A stretch of DNA of 64,000 bases from an uncultured Candidatus Woesearchaeota archaeon (GTDB lineage Archaea; Nanobdellota; Nanobdellia; UBA10117). Below are positions 49,106-57,613 of this stretch, one piece after another. The translations under genes were made by a program, and so were the position numbers. The stretch spans positions 15,146 to 79,145 of the forward strand of contig CAIPHS010000007.1 of the NCBI GenBank assembly GCA_903864915.1, given 5' to 3'. Below the pieces are notes generated by a model. That model was not told the origin of the DNA and searched no databases. It was given only the letters and a program-made list of their open reading frames with translations. Position 1 is the stretch's first letter. Every line of letters starts with the position of its first letter.

Positions 49106-50184
49106 AACATACAAATGGCTTAGAGAACATAGCATCCTGCGCCATAATTGTGCCTGCTTACAACAAAGCACCATACATAGACAGGACATTTGAAAATTTA
49201 TCTGCTCTTGCTAAGCAAGGCTACAAGACAATCATAGTTGATGATGCTTCTACTGATGGTACAAGATCAAAGATACAGCAATATGCTGCAGCTCATCCAG
49301 AAATTCAGGCACTATACATGCAATCCAACGGCAAGAAAGTTGGAGCGCAGAAATATGCCCTTGAAAACTTGCCTGAAGGAATAGACACTGTAATAATGCT
49401 TGACTCAGATTCTTTTATCAAAAACCCAGAAGCCATACCAAGAGTCATCAATGGACTAAATGCAGACAGGAAACTAGCTGGCGGCGTTTTCAAGCTTGAA
49501 CCTGAGGGAAAGGGCTTTTGGAAACAGTTCCAGGACGTAGAATACGCTATGGCTTCCGGCTTCAAGCGCTGGACTTCGCAAATTGGCAAGTTGAGATGCG
49601 CTGCTGGAGCTGGTGCAATTTACAAGAGAAAACCACTGGAAGCTGCCCTGAGAAGCCACACTGGCGAATTCATAGGTGATGATTTCGAATTAACAACTAT
49701 CGTGCAAGACAAAGGTCACAGCATGAGGTATATCCCAAAAGTGAAAGTTGGAACATATGTTCCTGAAACTTACAAGGAAAAAGTCCTGCAACTTGAAAAA
49801 TGGCTCCGTGGCGGTTGGCGCGTATGGGCTGACAAGACCAACGAGCTAACAAAGCAGCTTGCGAGCACAGACAGGCTTTCGCTTACACTGGGCCTGGAAC
49901 TTTTGGCTCCGGCTACATTAAGCTCAACAATATACGGAATTGCTAATGCTGCCCATAACCTGGGCTTCAGCAAGACATACTTAGCATCAATGGCTGGATG
50001 GTCAGCACTTAACGCAGGCATAGCAAAATACGGCGGAGCAGACAACAAGACAATCGCAAAAACTGTTGCATTCACGCCAGTCTGGCCAGTATATGCAATA
50101 ACCACATACCTGCCAGCGGCAATAATGGCTGCAGGCAAGCTGGCAAAAGACAGGCTGTTCAAGCGCAAGAAGGTGGCAACATGA
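49102..50184 (+). CDS. cassette gene 9, membrane-anchored family-2 glycosyltransferase (synthase-like)
   Basis: IIVPAYNKAPYIDRTFENLSALAKQGYKTIIVDDASTDGT. LDSDS (DxD). GFKRW (QxxRW-like). C-terminal TM helices. Confidence 0.75.
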   Translation: MKHTNGLENIASCAIIVPAYNKAPYIDRTFENLSALAKQGYKTIIVDDASTDGTRSKIQQYAAAHPEIQALYMQSNGKKVGAQKYALENLPEGIDTVIMLDSDSFIKNPEAIPRVINGLNADRKLAGGVFKLEPEGKGFWKQFQDVEYAMASGFKRWTSQIGKLRCAAGAGAIYKRKPLEAALRSHTGEFIGDDFELTTIVQDKGHSMRYIPKVKVGTYVPETYKEKVLQLEKWLRGGWRVWADKTNELTKQLASTDRLSLTLGLELLAPATLSSTIYGIANAAHNLGFSKTYLASMAGWSALNAGIAKYGGADNKTIAKTVAFTPVWPVYAITTYLPAAIMAAGKLAKDRLFKRKKVAT

Positions 50185-50567
50185 AACCTACTTACTTCTG
50201 CGGCGTTATTGAAGATGAAAATGGCTGGAAATACATCTGCCCCATGTACAGAAAACTTGGCCCTGTTGCGATATGGATTGGGGAAGAAAAATCCCGCGAA
50301 GTAATCGATGACTTCGAAGACAATTTTACTAATTACAACGTAGAAACACTTCATGTTGACAAATCAAGGGTAAACAAATTCGGAATCATAGGATTTTCCA
50401 GAAACCCTAAAGCAAAACTTGAATTGCCAAAGAGAAATCTGGAAGAACTGATTAGCATGTTCGATGAAAGTGTTGCCCAGCAGGCAACAGGCCCAGACAT
50501 GCCGAGAAAATGGAAGATGCATTTCGAGGGCAGCGCAATAATCCAGGAGCCGAGGTACAAGACATGA
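50181..50567 (+). CDS. cassette gene 10, hypothetical protein
   Basis: ATGA overlaps on both ends. Confidence 0.45.
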   Translation: MKPTYFCGVIEDENGWKYICPMYRKLGPVAIWIGEEKSREVIDDFEDNFTNYNVETLHVDKSRVNKFGIIGFSRNPKAKLELPKRNLEELISMFDESVAQQATGPDMPRKWKMHFEGSAIIQEPRYKT

Positions 50568-50848
50568 TACTTTTTGCAGAACAAAAGCCAACTGTGCGGA
50601 AGCAAAAGAAGCTTGCTAAGTCTGAACTAGAAAAAATCTGCGCGGAAGGCTATGCCGTTCCAAGCTTTAACACCTGGACTAACAAGCCAGGAACATTTTG
50701 CAGAAAAGAAATAGGAACATGCATGGGCCAGTCAACGGAAAATGACAAAATAGTATCCTATGGCGTTGTCATAGACGGCGAACACTACTGCCTACCTCTT
50801 TGCATGTTTGCACCAGATTATCACCAAAGCAAGGGAGCCAAAAAATGA
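50564..50848 (+). CDS. cassette gene 11, small Cys-rich protein (94 aa, 6 Cys)
   Basis: Start at MILFAEQ by GAGGT SD and ATGA overlap. The ORF-track start 50510 is the alternative. Confidence 0.4.
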   Translation: MILFAEQKPTVRKQKKLAKSELEKICAEGYAVPSFNTWTNKPGTFCRKEIGTCMGQSTENDKIVSYGVVIDGEHYCLPLCMFAPDYHQSKGAKK

Positions 50849-51486
50849 CACCTTCTGAAGTAACAAGGCAGGATTTGGAAGCTCTAGTTAGCAAGGCTAA
50901 TGAGCTTGCCAAAGAAATGGGCTTGACTTTACACTTAGACCCATCAAAGATAAATCTTCAACCCGGCGATAATGTACATGGCAATTATAACGAAGATGAC
51001 AATAATATCACTCTAAATTACGACCAAAAAGGCATTTTTGACCAGGACTTAATCAAGATATTAGTACATGAAGGTACTCATGAAAAGTTCGATAAAGAAA
51101 TTGTCCCAAATTGTAAAAATTACATTACTAAATGCTATATTAGCGCGCTTTTTGATGAAAATCTGGCTTACGCAGTACAATTCTTTTTTGATGCTGAAAT
51201 CTATACTCAGGGATTAGGCTCAAAAAATCCCGAAGTATTCAGACAAACTAACTGCCATTACCCACAATTAGGATATGCAATAGCAAAAGCCTGCAAAAAT
51301 GGCATGAAGATGGATGAAATTTTTGACAAAGTAAAGACCATACAGCTTTCTGATGATCCAAAATATCCATCAGCTATTGTAGCCAAATTTATCAGAGATG
51401 ATTTAGGCATAAAGCTGACTGATGTTTTTGAAAAAGAAAATGCAAACAAATATGAGCGCTGTATTGCGGCGGAGGCTGCACAATGA
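50845..51486 (+). CDS. cassette gene 12, putative HExxH metallopeptidase-like protein
   Basis: LVHEGTHEKFD (HExxH). Start at MTPSEV by GGGAG SD. Confidence 0.4.
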   Translation: MTPSEVTRQDLEALVSKANELAKEMGLTLHLDPSKINLQPGDNVHGNYNEDDNNITLNYDQKGIFDQDLIKILVHEGTHEKFDKEIVPNCKNYITKCYISALFDENLAYAVQFFFDAEIYTQGLGSKNPEVFRQTNCHYPQLGYAIAKACKNGMKMDEIFDKVKTIQLSDDPKYPSAIVAKFIRDDLGIKLTDVFEKENANKYERCIAAEAAQ

Positions 51487-51620
51487 CAACCTTCAGGATT
51501 ACCAAGAGGATAGCCAAGCATGGCAAGCAGGCCATCATAGTTATTCCAAAGGTCCTGCAGCAGATGCTCAAGCCAAATACAATTGTCGAGCTGCAGATAA
51601 AGGTCCTGGAGGCCTGCTGA
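51483..51620 (+). CDS. cassette gene 13, AbrB/MazE-type swapped-hairpin DNA-binding protein (45 aa)
   Basis: MTTFRITKRIAKHGKQAIIVIPKVLQQMLKPNTIVELQIKV. Absent from the ORF track (the track lists a different frame, 51422..51625). Confidence 0.5.
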   Translation: MTTFRITKRIAKHGKQAIIVIPKVLQQMLKPNTIVELQIKVLEAC

Positions 51621-51621
51621 A

Positions 51622-52521
51622 ATGACAAAGAAAAAACAAAATAAGGATTTGGAAGAAATGATTGCTGAGCAAAGACCTTTAGATAAATTAGACCTGACAA
51701 TCAAATTACCCAATGATGTTTACCTAAATGTAAAAGACATATTAGAAAATAAAGCTGGATTTTTGTTATCAACAAGGTTGGGACAGCTTGAATATCGTCA
51801 ATTTAGATATGGATTAGGTAATGATGAGATAACATTCCCAGGTCAAACTTACTTAATGATGCCTCACCTGTTTAAAAACCCAAATAATCTGGAAGGCCAT
51901 AACTATAAAAAAATTCCGCCCTTTGACAACGGCGATTTAGCAAAAAAGATTGCACATAGTGATATTGTATTACTTATGAAATTGCCAGAAACAAAAGGCA
52001 ACAAACCATTCGTAGCTGCGTATTATTATCTAGGTCACGATTACAAATCAAGGCAGGCAATGGCAGCAAACATAATGTTTTTGAATGAGAAAGAATTTGG
52101 AGTTATTAGCAAGATTCTGAAAGACAATCCGGAATACGCACATGATATTTTCTATAAGATGCCAATACTGGCTGCCAAAAAATCTTTAGCAACTATGGAT
52201 GAGCAAACATTAAACCAAGTCTATAATGGTTATGGACATAGTGGAGCTAGCTTAGATGACAGAGCTGCACAGCTAGCCGCAATTTATTACGCAGATTACA
52301 AGGAATATGTATCCAAACTAAATCATGACTCAACTGCCGTAAATAAAATTCTTGACGACCCTAAGACGCCTGAATGGATGAAAGAAAGTTTAATGAAAAG
52401 TTATGGCGGCGTCAGGCCATCTATAGACAAAGGTTCACCAAGCCATAATAGAAAAATTACAGTAGTTGAATGGAAAGACGGCAAGCTGAATGTTTATGAG
52501 CAGAAGAAAGAGGGCAGCTGA
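51622..52521 (+). CDS. cassette gene 14, hypothetical protein
   Basis: 299 aa. Junction GGAGGCCTGCTGAAATG upstream. Confidence 0.45.
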   Translation: MTKKKQNKDLEEMIAEQRPLDKLDLTIKLPNDVYLNVKDILENKAGFLLSTRLGQLEYRQFRYGLGNDEITFPGQTYLMMPHLFKNPNNLEGHNYKKIPPFDNGDLAKKIAHSDIVLLMKLPETKGNKPFVAAYYYLGHDYKSRQAMAANIMFLNEKEFGVISKILKDNPEYAHDIFYKMPILAAKKSLATMDEQTLNQVYNGYGHSGASLDDRAAQLAAIYYADYKEYVSKLNHDSTAVNKILDDPKTPEWMKESLMKSYGGVRPSIDKGSPSHNRKITVVEWKDGKLNVYEQKKEGS

Positions 52522-52522
52522 A

Positions 52523-53236
52523 ATGGCACTTGAAGATCATATTCAAAAGGTGGGTACTAACCGAATAGAAATTACCAATATGACTGCTTTTGGTGCAGAG
52601 CTTACAAAAGCTCTATCTGAGTTATTTAACATAAAAGGGAATTACAAAATACCAATTTTAACAGAAGAGGAATATGCCGAACTTGAACCAGATCGTTGTA
52701 TGTACTGTTTAATTCGTTTCACCAGCTGTTTTGATGAGGATTTAAAATCCGTAATGCTTGTAAACACAGACAAACATAATCCGTGCGTATATGGTGAAGA
52801 ATTAACACACGGACTGGTATGTAATGCTAGACCAGGTACAGATTTGAGCGTAGATGAATTTTTTGGTTTTCTTGGACAGAAAGCAACATATAAAATACTA
52901 AGAAATTACCAGCCACAGTTGCACCTGCCATCATTAAACGATATCATAGACTGGTTCAATCGCAGCAAATGCAAATATGAACGTGATGAAATATATAAAA
53001 TTGATTTAGACCGCACAACAGGTGGTTTAGTGGCAGGCATAGCAGCCCCTGTTGCACTAGAAGATAAAAAACTGTTTAGCAGGTCTGACGAGGAAATAAA
53101 GCATATCTACTTTGAGCCGGTACTTAATTGTGATTGGCCAAAATATTGGGAAGGCAAGCCTGACTGGTGGCGTCTCGGAGAAAAGTGCGCAGAAATTAAC
53201 AGAGAGATAAAGAAGAGAATGCAAGAGGCCAGCTGA
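52523..53236 (+). CDS. cassette gene 15, hypothetical Cys/His-containing protein
   Basis: Start MALEDH by GAGGGCAGCTGAAATG junction. The ORF-track start 52490 is the alternative. Confidence 0.45.
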   Translation: MALEDHIQKVGTNRIEITNMTAFGAELTKALSELFNIKGNYKIPILTEEEYAELEPDRCMYCLIRFTSCFDEDLKSVMLVNTDKHNPCVYGEELTHGLVCNARPGTDLSVDEFFGFLGQKATYKILRNYQPQLHLPSLNDIIDWFNRSKCKYERDEIYKIDLDRTTGGLVAGIAAPVALEDKKLFSRSDEEIKHIYFEPVLNCDWPKYWEGKPDWWRLGEKCAEINREIKKRMQEAS

Positions 53237-53237
53237 A

Positions 53238-53711
53238 ATGGCACGAAGGATGACGCCTGTTGAAGAGAAAGAAATCAAGGACTTGAGGCGGCAAAATCTG
53301 TCATACGCTGAAATAGCAAAGCTGACTGGATTTGGCAAAGAAGTAATCCGCTATCATACTGACGAGAAAACGCAATCAAATGCAAAGCATTACGCAAGCA
53401 AATATTTTAGCCAAGAAAAAATCAGATCCAAGGAAAACGCCAGGCAAAAAGCAATTCGTCATCTCGATTCCCACGTAGTAAATCTGCTTGCTTCATGCAG
53501 AAGCGACATGAATATCCCTGAAATGAGGAAAAGCCTCGAGGAAAGGCTGGGCATAAAATTCTCTGAATATTTTGAGAACAAGATTGACGTCATAGTCAAA
53601 GATTTCATCAAATTGGGCAAAAACTCCCCAGTAGTCTGCACTGAAAATTACCGTTATAGGATAAACAGGAATTCCCCATACTACAAGGCATATTTGGAAG
53701 GGAAAAACTAA
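53238..53711 (+). CDS. cassette gene 16, HTH (sigma-70 region-4/LuxR-like) protein, paralog of gene 17
   Basis: RRQNLSYAEIAKLTGFGKEVIRYH. C-terminal YRYRIN block shared with gene 17. Confidence 0.45.
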   Translation: MARRMTPVEEKEIKDLRRQNLSYAEIAKLTGFGKEVIRYHTDEKTQSNAKHYASKYFSQEKIRSKENARQKAIRHLDSHVVNLLASCRSDMNIPEMRKSLEERLGIKFSEYFENKIDVIVKDFIKLGKNSPVVCTENYRYRINRNSPYYKAYLEGKN

Positions 53712-53712
53712 T

Positions 53713-54174
53713 ATGGCAAAGCTAATTGATGATACTTTGATGGAAAGGATACTAGAACTAAGGAAAGAAGGACTATCTGGCATAAAAATAGGTCGCACAT
53801 TGAACGTCAATGAAAAGAGAGTATACTATTACATGAATGCTGGAATGAGGCAGCACATAAGAGAAAGGATGGGCAATTACAATCACAAGTCAGAAGTCGA
53901 AAGGAAAAGAAAAGTCATAAACGATCTTCAGAACAGAATTATCGAAGCATTTGACGACGATTACATGTCAGCGTATCAGATTAGAACAAACATAGAAAAC
54001 AAATATAACCTAAGTCTTTCTGCTGACTTCGAAGATAAAATTGAAGAAGCGATAGTGGATTTCGCGAATGAACTTGGCAGAAACACACCAATAAAAATGT
54101 TAAGACCTTTTGGATATCGCATTAATACGAAATCAACTCATGCGCTCCTTTGTGGTGAGCCTGTTGAGGGCTAA
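53713..54174 (+). CDS. cassette gene 17, HTH protein, paralog of gene 16
   Basis: RKEGLSGIKIGRTLNVNEKRVYYYM. C-terminal FGYRINTKS. Confidence 0.45.
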   Translation: MAKLIDDTLMERILELRKEGLSGIKIGRTLNVNEKRVYYYMNAGMRQHIRERMGNYNHKSEVERKRKVINDLQNRIIEAFDDDYMSAYQIRTNIENKYNLSLSADFEDKIEEAIVDFANELGRNTPIKMLRPFGYRINTKSTHALLCGEPVEG

Positions 54175-54516
54175 ATGGTGATTGAAAACTTCCTTGGTAA
54201 TGCAAAAGTCATTGACGTACGTGATTTTCCGGGTTGGCTAGATGAATTCAGAGCATATGTTGCGAACTTGCCTGATGAAATCAGCAAGCTGAGACAAAGG
54301 GAAAGGGATGCCAGATACGCCCTTGAAATGAACGGCCTTTATGATGCTGTCGAGAACGTAACAGACCGTCAAAAGCGAGAAAGGCTTCAGGGCCTAGCCT
54401 TAATTCTTGGAGATTTGCACTTCAAGAGATGTGATGATAATAAAGCCTGGCAAAAATACGAAACATTCTTGGCAAAATACAAAGAACAGGTAGAAAAAGC
54501 AAAAGTTTATCTGTAA
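54175..54516 (+). CDS. cassette gene 18, hypothetical protein
   Basis: TAAATG junction. 3' end overlaps the convergent rpsI by 10 nt. Confidence 0.45.
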   Translation: MVIENFLGNAKVIDVRDFPGWLDEFRAYVANLPDEISKLRQRERDARYALEMNGLYDAVENVTDRQKRERLQGLALILGDLHFKRCDDNKAWQKYETFLAKYKEQVEKAKVYL

Positions 54517-54917
54517 GACTTCTGCCTCTTGGCCCTTGCTCTTGAGTGTGTGCCTGCCTTCTTTGGTTCTTTCCTTCTTGTGTCTGCAACCATCAAGAAC
54601 CTGTCATAATCAATGAATGTCTTCTTCAGCTGGTCAGAGCCTGTGTAAACAACAAGTGCCTTTGCTATTGCAAGCCGGGCAGCTTCTGCCTGTGAGCTCC
54701 AGCCGCCGCCAACAACATTGATGTCTATGTTAACATCTGCAGCCATCGGGCCTGCTATCAGCAATGGTTCCCTTAATCGCAAGCGCGCAAACTCAGGCTC
54801 GTACAAATCAAGAGGTATTGAATTTATCTTAATTATACCGTTTCCAGGCCTTGCGGTAGCCCTTGCTACTGCTTCCTTCCTCTTGCCTGAAACGTGTACT
54901 ATTTTAGTAGCTGCCAT
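54507..54917 (-). CDS. rps9: 30S ribosomal protein S9
   Basis: C-terminal ...KKAGTHSRARAKRQKSYR. Confidence 0.9.
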   Translation of the reverse strand: MAATKIVHVSGKRKEAVARATARPGNGIIKINSIPLDLYEPEFARLRLREPLLIAGPMAADVNIDINVVGGGWSSQAEAARLAIAKALVVYTGSDQLKKTFIDYDRFLMVADTRRKEPKKAGTHSRARAKRQKSYR

Positions 54918-55344
54918 GTTGTTTCAATAACTGAGATATTTCTCCGACTGTGACATAAAAGTGGGATTTAAGCTTATCTGCAGTAATCTCTGCAAAAGTT
55001 TCAATCTTCTGCGTCTTGTATTCATCAGGCACCCCGAGGAAACATTTCACTCTTCCGAAAGCCTGCCTGCCCCTGCTATCCTCAGTCCATTTGGCGTGAG
55101 GCAGCATGCCCTTGATTACCGAACGAACTATCCTATCAGGCATTCTTTTCTTGAAAGGCCCCTTGAAAGGCTGTACTCTTTTTTCCCTCACCTGGAACTT
55201 CAACAATACAATGTGCTTCTTTCCAGATATGATAGCATTTTCACAATTAAGTATGACAATTTCTTCGCCCATCAAGGCCATCTTTGCAACTCTAGCTGCA
55301 AGCCTTCCGAGCACCAAATCCGTCGCATCTATTATCTTAACCAT
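54904..55344 (-). CDS. rpl13: 50S ribosomal protein L13
   Basis: MVKIIDATDLVLGRLAARVAKMAL. Start chosen at MVKII (TAATG overlap with L18e); the ORF-track N-extension is rejected. Confidence 0.85.
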   Translation of the reverse strand: MVKIIDATDLVLGRLAARVAKMALMGEEIVILNCENAIISGKKHIVLLKFQVREKRVQPFKGPFKKRMPDRIVRSVIKGMLPHAKWTEDSRGRQAFGRVKCFLGVPDEYKTQKIETFAEITADKLKSHFYVTVGEISQLLKQHGSY

Positions 55345-55694
55345 TATCCAATCAACCTTATGCCAGTACCTTTCGGCTGTGCTTTTAATAATTCCTCGAT
55401 TGTCATTGTTTTTCCGCCGGCAGCCTTTATTTTTTCCTTGGCTGCTGCTGAAAAGTTCCAAGCAGCGACTGTGACCTTCTTGCTAAGCATGCCAGTTGAC
55501 AAAACTTTTCCTGGAACAAGCAAAACTTCATTGTTGTTTGCAACTCTTTGAATCCTTGACAGATTGACTTCGCGCCTTTTCCTTGTAACTCTTTCTAGTT
55601 CGTAAGCGACGCGCTTCCAAAGCTTTGCCTTCTGTGCTTTCAGCTGGGCAATCGTCTTCTGCATCACCATATTTGTTGGTCCTGTTCGTTTCAT
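55344..55694 (-). CDS. rpl18e: 50S ribosomal protein L18e
   Basis: 116 aa basic protein in the canonical position upstream of L13. Confidence 0.75.
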   Translation of the reverse strand: MKRTGPTNMVMQKTIAQLKAQKAKLWKRVAYELERVTRKRREVNLSRIQRVANNNEVLLVPGKVLSTGMLSKKVTVAAWNFSAAAKEKIKAAGGKTMTIEELLKAQPKGTGIRLIG

Positions 55695-55772
55695 CTTCGA
55701 CTTTCACCTTTGAAACCAGCGAAATCCGCGAGGATTTCAGCGCGTTTCATCTTCGATTCCTATGAGCTTGAG

Positions 55773-55856
55773 TGCGGGAGACAGGGTTCGAACCTGTGTA
55801 CCCACTAAGGGACACGACCCTCGATCGTGCGAGTTTGACCGCTCCTCCACTCCCGC
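55773..55856 (-). tRNA. tRNA-Leu (anticodon GAG), class II with long variable arm
   Basis: Acceptor GCGGGAG/CTCCCGC. Anticodon arm CACGA-TCGAGGG-TCGTG. Variable arm. T-arm ACAGG-TTCGAAC-CCTGT. Discriminator A. Confidence 0.75.
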
Positions 55857-55911
55857 ATTAGCGGACCAGCAAAGCTCGCCTTTGCGCTGCCCGCGTGAGT
55901 TTTAAGAGCAG

Positions 55912-56673
55912 TTACTTGAGTTTCACTTCTTTGAGCTTCTGCTGTAAGATGCTTACAGCTTCATTCAGTATCTTCTCTGGAGCTACCTGGCCCCAGCTCT
56001 CTATCGTGAGTATGAAATTCTCTTCGCTGTTTGTAATTTTGACTCCGTTCTTCTCGAGGGTTTCCTCGTAAGCAGGCAGCCATTTCGGGTAATCAGTAAT
56101 TTCTATTGTCTTGCCAGTCTTCTTTGCAACATTTGCAGGTATTTTCTCGAAAGCCTTGTCCAAATCTGCATTCTTCGTGTCGAATCCAGGTATTCCTCTG
56201 TAATACACATGACAGCCAGACCATTTCGTGTGCTCCATGCCTTTGCCCAAAACTGCAACGAAATCCAGTTCGATTTCCTGGCCTTCCAGAAGCTTCGTAA
56301 TCATCATCTTAGGGTAAATTGCCTTTACAGTTGGGTCCTTGAACTTCATGTCTTCAGCGTAAACTGTTGCAGGCCCTTTTGCCTTCAATGAGCCTTTGAC
56401 AGAACACTTTGCGCAAAGCTTGCCTTTGCAGCTGCACTCGGAAGGCAAGTTGTAAGATTTCAAGTCAGTCTTCAATGGTATCAAACCAAGCCTGTGTGCA
56501 ATAATTTCATCATAAAGTACTGAGGAGTTTTTCGTGTAGTAAACATCTTCGATTGCAAGTGCAGGCACTTCGTACATGGCTGTTCGTCTCAATGCGTTCA
56601 GGAAACCTGGGTGTGCACCCTCTATCTCGAATGTAACTTCATTATCTTCCTGTTTCAGTACGGATATTTTCAT
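55912..56673 (-). CDS. rpoD: DNA-directed RNA polymerase subunit D (Rpo3)
   Basis: Cys cluster CSCKGKLCAKCSVKG. Start at MKISVLK; the ORF-track start 56718 would overlap S11. Confidence 0.85.
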   Translation of the reverse strand: MKISVLKQEDNEVTFEIEGAHPGFLNALRRTAMYEVPALAIEDVYYTKNSSVLYDEIIAHRLGLIPLKTDLKSYNLPSECSCKGKLCAKCSVKGSLKAKGPATVYAEDMKFKDPTVKAIYPKMMITKLLEGQEIELDFVAVLGKGMEHTKWSGCHVYYRGIPGFDTKNADLDKAFEKIPANVAKKTGKTIEITDYPKWLPAYEETLEKNGVKITNSEENFILTIESWGQVAPEKILNEAVSILQQKLKEVKLK

Positions 56674-56674
56674 T

Positions 56675-57064
56675 TTAAACTCGCCTACCTCGCTTGCCGC
56701 CCTTCTTTCGGCAACCACCGTGAGGAATAGGAGTTACATCTTCTATGCCTATTACCTGCAGGCCAGACCTTGTCAAGGCTCTGATTGCTGGCTGTGCGCC
56801 TGGGCCTGGGAATCTCATTCCATTCTGTCCGCCCTTCGCCCTGACTTTAACATAAATCTTCCTTACGCCCTGTTCCAGGGCGGTTGCTGCAGCTTTTTTT
56901 GCAGCAAGCATCGCGGCAGTCGGGCTTCCTTCCAGCCTGTCAGCCTTGACTACTTGGCCACCTGATGCCAGAGCAATTGTCTCTGTGCCTGTCAGGTCAG
57001 TGATGTGTATGATTGTGTTGTTGTAAGTTGCCTGTATGTGTGCTATTCCTATTCGGTCAGCCAT
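56675..57064 (-). CDS. rps11: 30S ribosomal protein S11
   Basis: [18 protein letters not shown]...[11 protein letters not shown]. Confidence 0.9.
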   Translation of the reverse strand: MADRIGIAHIQATYNNTIIHITDLTGTETIALASGGQVVKADRLEGSPTAAMLAAKKAAATALEQGVRKIYVKVRAKGGQNGMRFPGPGAQPAIRALTRSGLQVIGIEDVTPIPHGGCRKKGGKRGRRV

Positions 57065-57611
57065 TTGTCTTTACCTCTGCCGCAGGTTTTGCTTCTGCTG
57101 GCTTTTCCTTGACTTCTGTTACTGGCTCTTCAGGCTTTAATTTTGGCGTGAAGCCAGGCACGTAAGAAGCATCTTCGCCAACTTTCATCAGATAAGATGG
57201 TGAGTTCAATTTCTTTCCATTAACCATGATCTTGCCATGAACTATGAACTGTCTGGCCTGCAACGCTGTAAGCGCAAGGCCTTTCTTGAAAACAGCAGTC
57301 TCCAACCTCTTATCCATGACATCTTTCAATGTTATAGATAGAATATCATCAGCGTCTGCTTCTGCACCGGCAACTCCGTATCTCTGCAGCCTTTCTAATA
57401 AGATCTTGAGTACTTCATCTTGCTTTGGCCCGGCACGCATGCTTGTGATTTCCTTGGCCTGCCTGTGCCAGTTTCTGAGTATGGCCTTCATTCTCCAGAT
57501 TTCCCTCATCCTTCTGATGCCATACGCCTTGCCCAAGCCGTGCTCTTCCTCGATTCTCTCAGCACGCCATGGATGCTTTGGACCACTACGTTTCTTCTTT
57601 TGTCGCCACAT
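57057..57611 (-). CDS. rps4: 30S ribosomal protein S4
   Basis: [16 protein letters not shown]4 domain [13 protein letters not shown]. Confidence 0.85.
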   Translation of the reverse strand: MWRQKKKRSGPKHPWRAERIEEEHGLGKAYGIRRMREIWRMKAILRNWHRQAKEITSMRAGPKQDEVLKILLERLQRYGVAGAEADADDILSITLKDVMDKRLETAVFKKGLALTALQARQFIVHGKIMVNGKKLNSPSYLMKVGEDASYVPGFTPKLKPEEPVTEVKEKPAEAKPAAEVKTNG

Positions 57612-57613
57612 GG

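Larger units (their letters stand above)
45600..54516 (+). other. compact 18-gene co-directional cassette (candidate inserted genomic island) splitting the rpsI-rpoN linkage
   Basis: All genes on the plus strand with 0-1 nt spacers or ATGA overlaps. Recurrent junction motif. Flanked by minus-strand S9 and RpoN, which are normally adjacent in archaea. Confidence 0.45.

Noticed and set aside
55344-55461. N-terminal extensions of L13 (to 55461), RpoD (to 56718) and Cbf5 (to 63051) given by longest-ORF rule
   Set aside because: The extensions overlap upstream genes and lack conserved N-terminal sequence. Internal ATGs at conserved protein starts (MVKIID, MKISVLK, MNKLPFEL) with operon-style overlaps are preferred.
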